Positions 55,343 through 63,817 of a stretch of DNA of 64,000 bases are shown piece by piece. Origin of the DNA: a virus; IMG/VR virus record IMGVR_UViG_3300037069_001724, positions 7,521 through 71,520 of that record, one strand, 5' to 3'. Within the stretch, counting starts at the first letter, position 1, and each line of letters opens with the position of its first letter. Both the position numbers and the translations under genes were made by a program. The notes beneath the pieces were generated by a model that made no database searches, was not told where the DNA came from, and saw only the letters and a list, made by a program, of their open reading frames with translations.

Positions 55343-56791
55343 TCACCATCCCCTGTATGGCGAACTCGGTTGCGTAGTATGCTGTCCCGGGATGTTGCGG
55401 ATGCTCCCGGTCACGAACGGAACGACGAACGGAACGTTCACCTCGGTCAGCATCAGGTTGGTGATGGCCCAGACCACCGCGTCCAGTCTGTCCGGCGATG
55501 GATCACCGCTGAGCGGCTCCCAGGTGCACATCTGGTCCTCCATCTCGGCGAACGTCTGCGTGTGCTTCACGCGTCCCTGCTCGTACAGCGCGGCCACCGG
55601 CTCTGCGCGAGCCTGCTTGGAGCGCGACGCGTGCACGATCTTGACGGGAACGTTCTCGCTGACGGTCTTGATGGTGAACACCACCATCTCGCCGCCCTGA
55701 TTTCCCTCGGCGACGATGCTGTCGGCCTTGAAGTCCTGGTACGCCTTTACTGCGACCCGACCCCACTCGTCTGGCGTGTAGCGTCCGCTGATATCAGCCA
55801 GGACATATCCAAGGCCATCTGCTCCAACTCCTGCCACGACGATGCCCGTGAGGTTGCTGGTCGCCTTGCTTGTAGTTGCCGGATCGACTGCAACCACAAT
55901 GCGGCGCATGTCAGGTGGCTGCTTGTCGCGAGCATAGCACTTCTCAATCGTCGCACGGGACCAGAGCGCACCCTCCGCCTCCTCTACGATGTCGCCCATC
56001 AGCTCCTGTCGTCCGAGGCGCGTCCCCTCGTACTTGGCGATGATGGTCGTGATGAAACTGTCCGCGAGATTTGCGCGGTTGGAGTAGGTACTGGCCCGCG
56101 TCACCACGGTGAGAGGCGGATCCAGCTTCGACATTCGCATCAGCTCCCGAACAATCGGGATTGGCCGAGGCGTCGTGGATATCATGGCCTGCGGGTTCAC
56201 GCCGAGACGCAGACCGAACATCGCCATGTCCCACGCCTCCTGCGCATACTGCCACGCCGCCAGCTCGTCGCACCAGAGTGCGTCGTGCTGCGGGCCGCGA
56301 AGTCTGTCAGGCTCCTCCGCGGAGTACAGCGAGGCGATGGCGCCGTTGGCCCACGTGACGCGGCGCTTGCTAGGCTCGTACACGGGACGCCCCATGTGAG
56401 CTCCGGCGTTCGTCTGGTCGCCGTCCCACCCGACACTGAGCACACCGCTCCCGCCCTCGATCATGACGTCGCGCACGTCGGCCGCCGTCGGGGCGATCAT
56501 GCCGATGCGCATGCAGCCGGACTTCACCTTGTTGCGAACCCACTCGGCGCCAGCGCGCGTCTTGCCGGCGCCGCGTCCCGCGAGGAAGAGCCAATACTGC
56601 CACGGACCCTCAGGCGGCCTTTGATGCTCTCTCGACTGGAACGACCAGTCGTGGTTCAGTATCTCGCACTGGATCGACGTTAATGAGGAGAGGAACTCGC
56701 TCTGGTTCAGGTTTGTTTCGTGCAGAAATTGCGCCAAGGAGGAGACGTCCAAGGGCCTCTCGCTCTGATGTGACGTCGCGGTATCTGTCAT
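55343..56791 (-). CDS. terL: terminase large subunit
   Basis: AGRGAGKTR, LRGPQ..LWCDELAAW, TTPRP, VVAVDPA, EGNQGG, SPDRLDA. Confidence 0.95.
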   Translation of the reverse strand: MTDTATSHQSERPLDVSSLAQFLHETNLNQSEFLSSLTSIQCEILNHDWSFQSREHQRPPEGPWQYWLFLAGRGAGKTRAGAEWVRNKVKSGCMRIGMIAPTAADVRDVMIEGGSGVLSVGWDGDQTNAGAHMGRPVYEPSKRRVTWANGAIASLYSAEEPDRLRGPQHDALWCDELAAWQYAQEAWDMAMFGLRLGVNPQAMISTTPRPIPIVRELMRMSKLDPPLTVVTRASTYSNRANLADSFITTIIAKYEGTRLGRQELMGDIVEEAEGALWSRATIEKCYARDKQPPDMRRIVVAVDPATTSKATSNLTGIVVAGVGADGLGYVLADISGRYTPDEWGRVAVKAYQDFKADSIVAEGNQGGEMVVFTIKTVSENVPVKIVHASRSKQARAEPVAALYEQGRVKHTQTFAEMEDQMCTWEPLSGDPSPDRLDAVVWAITNLMLTEVNVPFVVPFVTGSIRNIPGQHTTQPSSPYRGW

Positions 56792-57110
56792 TGGTCGTCT
56801 CTGCGTTCACTTGCACTGGAAGGAGTCTCGGATAGATGTCATGATAGAACATGTCGAGGCGCTCTTTCGATGACCGAGCCCACTTGGCCATCCCGACGGC
56901 GCCGCCGAGCAGATCGAAGACCTCGGTGATGTTGATCTTCGACTCGCGTCCTACCTTGTTGGGAGTACCCGGCTTCCTGCCGCCACCATGCAGCAGCTTC
57001 CCGTCCGCTCCGCGAGGAAGATTGGAGTAGAACGTGCCGTTCTTCACTCGAAGCTGCACGGCCTTCGACACGTTCGAGTTCTTTTTCTTCTTCTTGAGGT
57101 TCCTTGCCAT
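56610..57110 (-). CDS. terS: terminase small subunit
   Basis: GGRKPGTPNK, LGGAVGMAKWA, FY..IYPRLLP; immediately upstream of terL. Confidence 0.75.
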   Translation of the reverse strand: MARNLKKKKKNSNVSKAVQLRVKNGTFYSNLPRGADGKLLHGGGRKPGTPNKVGRESKINITEVFDLLGGAVGMAKWARSSKERLDMFYHDIYPRLLPVQVNAETTNDRYRDVTSEREALGRLLLGAISARNKPEPERVPLLINVDPVRDTEPRLVVPVERASKAA

Positions 57111-57120
57111 CGTTAGATCC

Positions 57121-57336
57121 TCAGGTATTATTCGTAACGACAACAGCCGACGCCGCGAACCCGTTGCCCTTCTCTGTCTTCACGAGCTCGTACGTCACGA
57201 TCTGGTTCTGCACGAGCCTGAGCAGCGGACGGATTGCGGTGCGATGCACGAACACGTCGATGCTCCCCTCGTCAGGTATGATGAAGCCGTAGCCGCTCTT
57301 GTCCGAGAAGAAGCGGACGCGTCCAGTGTGGCGCAT
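57121..57336 (-). CDS. cold-shock domain protein
   Basis: TGRVRFF, RNP1 SGYGFI, RNP2 DVFVH. Confidence 0.85.
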   Translation of the reverse strand: MRHTGRVRFFSDKSGYGFIIPDEGSIDVFVHRTAIRPLLRLVQNQIVTYELVKTEKGNGFAASAVVVTNNT

Positions 57337-57436
57337 TGCGGTCCCGATGAATTGTGATGACTTGACAGAGCTCCGCCAGTAGCGGGGAAATGGCTCCCAG
57401 CCCAGAAGGCTCATGTCAGCGACTTGACAGCCGAAC

Positions 57437-57955
57437 TCAGGCGATATCCCGCAGCATCATCTCTTGCTCGACGGGCTGTCCCAGAAGCTGGAAGAGCACG
57501 CGAACTCGGGCCGCATCTGTTCGCCCGAGGAAGAGGCCCGCCTGACCGGCGAACATTCCCCGCATCGCAGTAATCTGCTGATGTAGAACGAACCTGCGTG
57601 ACGACGCTGGCAACTCACCTTCGACCAGAACATAGCCCGACTCGGGGTCCTCCATGACGCGAATGTCGTCGAGGTCCTTGTCGAGAACAGTGGATGGAAG
57701 ATCCCCGGCACCCATGATCACTCGGCGAACACCGCGAAGCGAGTTGAGATCTCGCCACGCGTCTGTCAGTCTTGCGAACATGTACGTGAGGAAGAGTGGA
57801 CGGACTGTCCGAACGCCGGCGTGATTGCGCCGCTCTCGATACAGAGGAAGATAGACCTCGTGGCCGAAACGCCTCGCCTGCCGAGCTGCGATAAACTCCT
57901 CGCGCCACCCGGTCTCGAGAACCAGCCAAGATTTGGAACGTGCCCGCCTGCCCAT
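57437..57955 (-). CDS. NusG/RfaH-family transcription antiterminator
   Basis: WLVLET, VYLP, RPLF.TYMFA, SLRGV, KOW-like GMFAGQ.G, RVRVLFQLLG. Confidence 0.85.
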   Translation of the reverse strand: MGRRARSKSWLVLETGWREEFIAARQARRFGHEVYLPLYRERRNHAGVRTVRPLFLTYMFARLTDAWRDLNSLRGVRRVIMGAGDLPSTVLDKDLDDIRVMEDPESGYVLVEGELPASSRRFVLHQQITAMRGMFAGQAGLFLGRTDAARVRVLFQLLGQPVEQEMMLRDIA

Positions 57956-58072
57956 GGGTCAAATCATGTAGCGCAAAACCGCACGACGCGCAAGCGGGGG
58001 CCGCCGCTGTACCCCAAATCGAAAACGATCCAGGTTGTATTGGGCCTCGCATAGTGCGCACACCTCTGCGCC

Positions 58073-58127
58073 GCTGCATGAGCGCACGTGAGGGTTATAA
58101 TCTTATAATCTTATATGTCTGCACGTA
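58073..58127. repeat. dispersed repeat copy 2 (core GGGTTATAATCTTATAATCTTATATGT)
   Basis: Core 58092-58118 identical to 17488-17514. Confidence 0.85.
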
Positions 58128-58517
58128 AAGGCTTGAAACTAAACAGCTTTCGCATATAAGATTTTCCATAGCATTTTGGCTCCACTATATCACCCCGCCT
58201 AGAAACCACTGGCCTTTTGCTGAAAACTGTGGCCCCACCGCCACACGAAAAAGTCCAGCAACGGCGCGACCTCGGACGCATACCGGGCCGCCACAATTTC
58301 AAGTTTCACGTGTAACTTCAAAAGCACATGGACCTGCATCAATGGGTTAGGAGTTATACACTTTTTATTTTTGGACCAGTTTTCGGGAAACGACCCCAAA
58401 ACCGTTGAAATATAATTAGCTATGCGCAGCCTCAGGTTTAGAAAGCACCGCCCAGCACAACCGGCAAAAGCGCGCGACAACTTGCCCTTGCCCGTCAGCG
58501 CAAGGTGTGGCACTTAT

Positions 58518-58530
58518 TGCTACTGGTAGC
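58518..58530. promoter_or_regulatory. operator-like palindrome TGCTAC-TG-GTAGC
   Basis: Matches 2114-2127 and 62881-62894; downstream of a TTGCCC -35-like hexamer. Confidence 0.5.
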
Positions 58531-58575
58531 CAGCCGCGTTCCAATTCACATCAGCCACACATACGGGGGAAGCAC

Positions 58576-59034
58576 ATGCTTCTGCGACGGTACTTCGCTG
58601 CGATTTGCCGCATAGGGGACGACAGACGTGCGAGCACGCTCATCAGAGTCTACTTCCACATGGCAGATGGACCGCCTCTGCTATACGCGATGCGGGACAG
58701 TGGTATCAGTCAGTGTGATCTCGTCCTCGCGATGCTTCACCATGGTCTGGGACTTGATAGAACCTGGGAGTACGTGCAGATGCTATGCAACGCCAGAGTT
58801 CTGCCACCAGTCCGGATGGGCTGGCCCGTGATCAATCAGCTCCGGACGCGCGTCCGCCGCATGAGGCACGTCGCTCCCAATCCGCGGCGCCTCAACACGC
58901 CGGCTCACGAGCGATATGCGAGAGCCTTTCGCGTCGGCCGCACGCTGGAGGAGGCTAGGATCAGGGGCGCCACGACCAAGGACATACGACAGGCTCTCAG
59001 GATGGGATACGTGAAGATGGAGGAGGCGGCATGA
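58576..59034 (+). CDS. hypothetical protein with C-terminal NP-R-T domain
   Basis: GGGGGA RBS; PNPRRLNTPAHERY...GRTLEEA..RGAT..DIR.AL..GYV. Confidence 0.6.
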   Translation: MLLRRYFAAICRIGDDRRASTLIRVYFHMADGPPLLYAMRDSGISQCDLVLAMLHHGLGLDRTWEYVQMLCNARVLPPVRMGWPVINQLRTRVRRMRHVAPNPRRLNTPAHERYARAFRVGRTLEEARIRGATTKDIRQALRMGYVKMEEAA

Positions 59035-59123
59035 CAAGACTTGACTTATTGGTGGTGCTGTGCTTCGCGTGGTTCGCCGCGGGATTTGCGACGTGCTTCG
59101 CGTTATTTAACTAGGAGGGACTG

Positions 59124-59291
59124 GTGAGGAAGTACAAGACAAGAGCGACAGGGGTCCTGTGCCCGAGAAAGGAGTGCGGCGCCCGCAGCCGAGTGCTGCG
59201 CACCGTGCGCGACAAGGAGACGGGCGAGATAACTCGCGAGAGGATCTGCGCCAGGAAGCACAAGTTCAAGACGAGGGAGACACCGACATGA
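59124..59291 (+). CDS. NrdR-like zinc-ribbon protein (55 aa)
   Basis: Manual translation: CPRKECGARSRVLRT...TRERICARKHKFKTRE; GGAGG RBS. Confidence 0.6.
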   Translation: MRKYKTRATGVLCPRKECGARSRVLRTVRDKETGEITRERICARKHKFKTRETPT

Positions 59292-59746
59292 GCATGCAAA
59301 AGAATATATACGTGGCCGGCTTCGCGTTCACGGCCGACAGGCGGGAGGTTCTGCTCGTCGAGAAGCAGAGGCCGGACTGGCAGAAGGATCTCTGGAACGG
59401 CGTCGGCGGGAAGGTCAATCCAGGTGAGCGAGCGAGCGAGGCCATGGACAGGGAGTTTCACGAGGAGACGAGCATCAGTATCCGGCAGAACTGGGAGCTG
59501 TTCTGCGTGGAGGACGGTCCAGGCTATCGCGTCCACTTCTATCGGTCGTTCTGCTGGCTCGTGGGCGTTCCCATCCGCCCTGTCAACGACGTCGGCGAGA
59601 TACTCGATCTCCACTACGTGGACAGACTGGCTAATCTCGCGGTCATCGGCAATCTGCGCTGGCTGATCCCGCTGGCGCTGGACCCGCGTCCCGTGTCCGT
59701 CACCATGCACACCGAGGGCAGCATCAGGGAGATACGAACATGGTGA
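59288..59746 (+). CDS. Nudix hydrolase
   Basis: Nudix box GGKVNPGERASEAMDREFHEETS. Confidence 0.9.
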   Translation: MSMQKNIYVAGFAFTADRREVLLVEKQRPDWQKDLWNGVGGKVNPGERASEAMDREFHEETSISIRQNWELFCVEDGPGYRVHFYRSFCWLVGVPIRPVNDVGEILDLHYVDRLANLAVIGNLRWLIPLALDPRPVSVTMHTEGSIREIRTW

Positions 59747-60111
59747 CTACTCACGCGATCGCGTGCGCCAAGTGCAGGACGAGACCGTCCAGTCACTACG
59801 GCAGCGAGCCACTGTGCTGCGAGTGCTACGTCGCCGAGGGCAATCCGCCCGCGGACTGGCACGAGGGATGCATGAGGGCCGTCCGCCCGTCCTCCTTCCC
59901 CTACCTTCAGGTGGCGAGGGAGCACGGCGTCGACTACGGCGAGGTCCTGCGACTGGCTGACTTCATCGACAGCGACGAGAACGACAAGAACTGGCCCGGC
60001 ATGCCGGCGGCGTTCAGCGCCGAGTGGCAGGTGGCCACGCTGCGGGCGCACAGCCGCGAGCGCGTGAGGAGACTGGACGCGGCGGTGGAGCAGGACAGGA
60101 GGAAGGCATGA
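59740..60111 (+). CDS. hypothetical protein with N-terminal Cys pairs
   Basis: 123 aa; CAKC, CCEC. Confidence 0.5.
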   Translation: MVTTHAIACAKCRTRPSSHYGSEPLCCECYVAEGNPPADWHEGCMRAVRPSSFPYLQVAREHGVDYGEVLRLADFIDSDENDKNWPGMPAAFSAEWQVATLRAHSRERVRRLDAAVEQDRRKA

Positions 60112-60578
60112 GTCTCGTGGAGAAGACACAGTGGATAGGCGTGGACCTGGACGGCACGCTGGCGGAGTACTACGGTTGGACCAAGTGGAACGAGTTCGGC
60201 GCCCCCATCGTGCCGATGCAGAAGCGCGTTATGCGCTGGCTCGCGGAGGGAAGGACAGTCAAGATCGTGACGGCGCGCGTGGGATTGCCGATAGTTCGCC
60301 ACGGCGACAAGGGCGACAAGAGATACATCAACCTGATGAGAACCGAGACGTGTCACAAGTCCGGCGAGAAGTTCAGCGACTACGACATGGTGTTGGCCAT
60401 TCAGGCGTGGACGTCGCGATATCTCGGAGTGGCGCTCGACGTCCAGTGCTACAAGGATCTGCACATGATCGAGCTCTGGGACGACAGGGCCGTTCAGGTG
60501 ATACCGAACACCGGCATGCCTCTCGGCGGCAGAGCAGAGGCGACGGCAGAAGAGGGAAAGGCTTGGGACAATGGGTAA
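60108..60578 (+). CDS. HAD-superfamily phosphatase
   Basis: WIGVDLDGTLA, IVTARV, ELWDDRAVQV. Confidence 0.85.
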   Translation: MSLVEKTQWIGVDLDGTLAEYYGWTKWNEFGAPIVPMQKRVMRWLAEGRTVKIVTARVGLPIVRHGDKGDKRYINLMRTETCHKSGEKFSDYDMVLAIQAWTSRYLGVALDVQCYKDLHMIELWDDRAVQVIPNTGMPLGGRAEATAEEGKAWDNG

Positions 60579-60900
60579 GCCTCACGAGGTAGAGATCGCC
60601 ACCGGGTTCGCGCTCGACATGTGGGCCCACGACTTCGGCGTCGAGCGCCTGCGATCTCCGCACAGCGCCGAGACAGACGACTCACTGCGGCGTCGCGTAG
60701 CCGATGTGATAATCGTTAGAAGTATGGAACAGCACCCTCGGGTCTGGGTCGTCATGCAGAACGACTTTCCGGCGGCGGTGTTCTCCAGCAAGATCGGCGC
60801 CATGTGCTATGTCGAGCATCACAAGGCGAAGATGGTGCCTCGCGTTCACTGGCACGTTCACGACTTCTACCTGGACCCGATCAGGGAGGACGCGGCATGA
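60571..60900 (+). CDS. hypothetical protein
   Basis: 109 aa, coupled to neighbours. Confidence 0.5.
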   Translation: MGKPHEVEIATGFALDMWAHDFGVERLRSPHSAETDDSLRRRVADVIIVRSMEQHPRVWVVMQNDFPAAVFSSKIGAMCYVEHHKAKMVPRVHWHVHDFYLDPIREDAA

Positions 60901-61220
60901 ACACCTACTTCATGTCCTTCGTGGACTTCGACAAGGACCAAGAGCAAGAGTTCATTGGCGCCTGCATTGTACGCGCCAAGAACAGCGAGGATGCACCGCA
61001 GGAGGCGTGGCGTCGAGGATGCAATCCTGGAGGCGAGATGATTGGTCTGCTGGTCCCGGATGACAGGCTGCCAGACGAGAGATGGTACAATCGCACGCTG
61101 ACCCGCGAGGAAGTCGAGGACATGGGCGAGGAAGTCAGGCTGAAGTACGGCGTGGTCAACGATCCTCCGGAGATGTTCGACGTGTGCGCGAGCTGCAATG
61201 TGTGGAGGAGGGAGCATTGA
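60897..61220 (+). CDS. hypothetical protein
   Basis: MNTYFMSFVD..., ATGA overlap. Confidence 0.5.
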   Translation: MNTYFMSFVDFDKDQEQEFIGACIVRAKNSEDAPQEAWRRGCNPGGEMIGLLVPDDRLPDERWYNRTLTREEVEDMGEEVRLKYGVVNDPPEMFDVCASCNVWRREH

Positions 61221-61657
61221 CAACCGACGGAGGACTGCGACCGCTGTTCCGGCAGCATCTCCGGGACTTCATGTGGACGTCGATCGAGACTGGCCTTACC
61301 ACGCCGGGCGTGAGCGACAGCCACTATCAGCATCGCGACGGTGCCGAGGGATGGGTTGAGCACAAGCAGACCGACGGATGGGCCGTCACGCTCGACCCGG
61401 AGCAGATCGGCTGGATCACGCAGGGCGCGCGGTACGGTGGCCGACGCTGGATAGCGGTGCGGCGCCGACACGACGGTGGCCCCCGCCTAGGGCCGGCGGT
61501 GGACGAGCTCTGGATGATGCCGGGTCGACTGGCCATCGCGGCGAAGGAGCTGGGACTTCGGGGCGTGATCGCGAGCGAGCCGGGGGGCGTGTTCTGCTGG
61601 CCAGGAGGTCCGGGACAGTGGGCCTGGACAGAGATTAGAAGACTGCTGATAACTTAA
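61217..61657 (+). CDS. PD-(D/E)XK nuclease, VRR-NUC/Holliday-junction-resolvase-like
   Basis: IET...PGVSD......EGWVEHK....L.PEQIGW; TTGA overlap start. Confidence 0.7.
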   Translation: MTTDGGLRPLFRQHLRDFMWTSIETGLTTPGVSDSHYQHRDGAEGWVEHKQTDGWAVTLDPEQIGWITQGARYGGRRWIAVRRRHDGGPRLGPAVDELWMMPGRLAIAAKELGLRGVIASEPGGVFCWPGGPGQWAWTEIRRLLIT

Positions 61658-61673
61658 CCGAGGGGAGCTGACA

Positions 61674-62069
61674 ATGCCTGAGTACGACCTGACCATAAGA
61701 GTGCACGACGAGGAGAAGCTGGCCGTCATCATAAGCGCGCTGAAGGGAGCCGGCACGCTGCTGACCGTGGCGCCGGTTAGCGAGTTTCCGCAGGGGACCG
61801 GCAGACTGAAGATCCGCAGGCGGCGCGGCAACGGAGCAGGGACAGATCACGGCGGCGAGAGGCACGGCACGTCCTCCGTGGCCGTGGCACTGCTGAAGGT
61901 GTCGCCGGGCGGCAGGGCGAGCAGACATCAGATAGAGGCGGCGCTCGAGGCGGCGGGCTACTCGGCCTCGTCCCTCAGTCCCACCATGTCGGCGCTCACC
62001 AGAAGCGGCACGGTGCGGCGTGTCGGCAACGGGCACACGTTCGAGCTCGTGCCGGTGGTGGCGTCATGA
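61674..62069 (+). CDS. hypothetical protein with probable C-terminal winged helix
   Basis: 131 aa, GGGGAG RBS; GYSASSLSPTMSALTRSG.VRRVG.G. Confidence 0.55.
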   Translation: MPEYDLTIRVHDEEKLAVIISALKGAGTLLTVAPVSEFPQGTGRLKIRRRRGNGAGTDHGGERHGTSSVAVALLKVSPGGRASRHQIEAALEAAGYSASSLSPTMSALTRSGTVRRVGNGHTFELVPVVAS

Positions 62070-62160
62070 CCGTCGTTTTCGACATTGGCTCGGCGATGAT
62101 TGACATCGGCGTCGTGCTGCTGATCCTGTCCGCGCTAGTCTGGGCGTGGGAAGGTGAGTC

Positions 62161-62370
62161 ATGAGATGCGGTGATTGCAGACACTATCACCCGAGAAAGA
62201 ACTCGCATCTCGGGCAGTGTCACCGCTGGCGCGGTGGCAATGGTCGGGACGGATACGCTTGGCATCCGGACGACATCCCGTTGAACGGGGTCGTGGTCGA
62301 GACCGACGAGGGATGGGGCGCCGCCATGGGGCCAGACTTCGGGTGTGTCCTGTTCGAGGCACAACCTTAA
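62161..62370 (+). CDS. small Cys-rich protein
   Basis: CGDCRHY...GQCHR...DFGCVLFE. Confidence 0.55.
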   Translation: MRCGDCRHYHPRKNSHLGQCHRWRGGNGRDGYAWHPDDIPLNGVVVETDEGWGAAMGPDFGCVLFEAQP

Positions 62371-62610
62371 ATGGGTCTATTCTTGCTGCGGTGCAGCATC
62401 TGGCCCCCTCGCTGGGCGCCCCTGAGGACGTCTGTGGATGGCCTGCCGAGCGCCCGCTACCTTGGCCCACTGGCACCGGCCCCAAGCCCTCAGTCGGGCG
62501 GCGCTGGCCAGCCGCCAACGGGGCAAAACCGGCCCCCTGCCTGCCCCTTGGCGGCGCGGCAGGGTCCGTGGCGGGCGGCGCCGGCCTTGGCACCCTTGCA
62601 CCGGCCAACG

Positions 62611-62635
62611 AAAAGGGCGCCCCTGCGGGCGCCCC
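62611..62635 (-). terminator. terminator at convergent junction
   Basis: GGGCGCCC-CTGC-GGGCGCCC stem-loop with TTTT on the minus strand. Confidence 0.6.
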
Positions 62636-62656
62636 ATTTGTCGCTGGCGAGCGGTC

Positions 62657-62854
62657 CTAGGCCAAGCGCAGCACGCGGCTGGCAGGGACGTCGAAGCACT
62701 CGTGGTCGGGCTGGTGGGGCAGCTTGCAGGCGTAGCCGTGGCCCTCGCCGTTGGCCCACTTGCAGACGACAACGACCTCGACGGCCTTGCCCCTGCGCTG
62801 CACGATAACGGCCTGCCCGCGCCTTAGCGGCTTCTGGAAATACGAGTTGGTCAT
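62657..62854 (-). CDS. hypothetical protein (65 aa)
   Basis: MTNSYFQKPL..., GGAGA RBS, own promoter-like element upstream. Confidence 0.55.
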   Translation of the reverse strand: MTNSYFQKPLRRGQAVIVQRRGKAVEVVVVCKWANGEGHGYACKLPHQPDHECFDVPASRVLRLA

Positions 62855-62880
62855 GGTGGTTCTCCGTTGGTTGGGCAACG

Positions 62881-62894
62881 TGCTACCAGTAGCA
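62881..62894. promoter_or_regulatory. operator-like palindrome TGCTAC-CA-GTAGCA overlapping putative -10
   Basis: Exact reverse complement of 2114-2127; TTGCCA lies upstream on the minus strand. Confidence 0.55.
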
Positions 62895-63006
62895 CGACCA
62901 AGTCGCGGCTGGCAAGGGGGCATCCCGGTCGCAGTCGCAGGGACCCCACCGGAGTCCCTGCGCACGCCCCCCTAGCGGGCGGTGTCCCAACACAATGCAG
63001 CGGCGC

Positions 63007-63663
63007 CTAGCCTACCTTCGCCTTCTTCTCTGCCACGCACGCGGCCAAGGACTGCGAGTTGCCCTTGGCGGCCAGGAACGCCTTGACGGTCTTTCCGTCG
63101 GCCTTCTTCACCGCCATGTGGCGGTCGTGCTTGCCGGTGCCCTCGCGGCAGCCGATGCCCTCGCCCTTGTAGATCCACGTGATCTTGGCGTCCGGGTCGA
63201 ACGCGCTTCGCGTCTCTCGAGCGGCGGCCTTCTTCGCCGGGGTTTTCTTAGCTGCGGCCTTCTTCGTCGGGGCCTTCTTGGCTGTCTTCTTGGCTACTGC
63301 CACGGTACTCTCCTCTTTCTCCGCCGGAGCGGGATGCTCGGGCTTCTGCTTCTTCGCCTCGGCCCTCGCCTTGGCGATCTTTCGCCCCTTGGCCGTGTCG
63401 GGCAGGGGCTTGGTCTCAGTCTGCTCCTCTCCGGAGTCACTTGCAACATCTATCGCGGCCTCGTCGAGACCGGCCCGGAACTTGGTCAGCCCCTCGTGGA
63501 ACTCGGCGCAGATGGCGGCGCCGGCCTCGACCGTCTCGAATAGCTGAAGCACGCTGTCCGGCGGCGAGTAGCCGAGGTCCTCTGCGGTTATGATCATGTC
63601 GCTGTGCGAGTTCTGGAGTTGCTCGAGTGTCATCTTGGAGAAGTTCAGTTTCTTGGTGGTCAT
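63007..63663 (-). CDS. protein with histone H1-like Lys/Ala repeats and C-terminal putative DNA-binding domain
   Basis: AKKTAKKAPTKKAAAKKTPAKKAAA; AAGGA RBS. Confidence 0.65.
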   Translation of the reverse strand: MTTKKLNFSKMTLEQLQNSHSDMIITAEDLGYSPPDSVLQLFETVEAGAAICAEFHEGLTKFRAGLDEAAIDVASDSGEEQTETKPLPDTAKGRKIAKARAEAKKQKPEHPAPAEKEESTVAVAKKTAKKAPTKKAAAKKTPAKKAAARETRSAFDPDAKITWIYKGEGIGCREGTGKHDRHMAVKKADGKTVKAFLAAKGNSQSLAACVAEKKAKVG

Positions 63664-63817
63664 GGTAGATCCTTGTTGATGTTTGATACTCGGTTGGTTA
63701 CTGGTAGAGAGTGGGCGTTCAGCACACATGCTGCGTTCTCAACTCGCGGGCAACAGGTGCGAGTCGCTTGCCGCCGCGCCGTTGCCGGCGCGGCCGCCCA
63801 AGTTTATATCGCGTTCG

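Noticed and set aside
2302-56683. Many long plus-strand ORFs in the track (e.g. 2302-3753, 14157-15221, 33805-34968, 46650-48116, 55337-56683)
   Set aside because: Antisense shadows of well-supported minus-strand genes in high-GC DNA; no motifs or RBS
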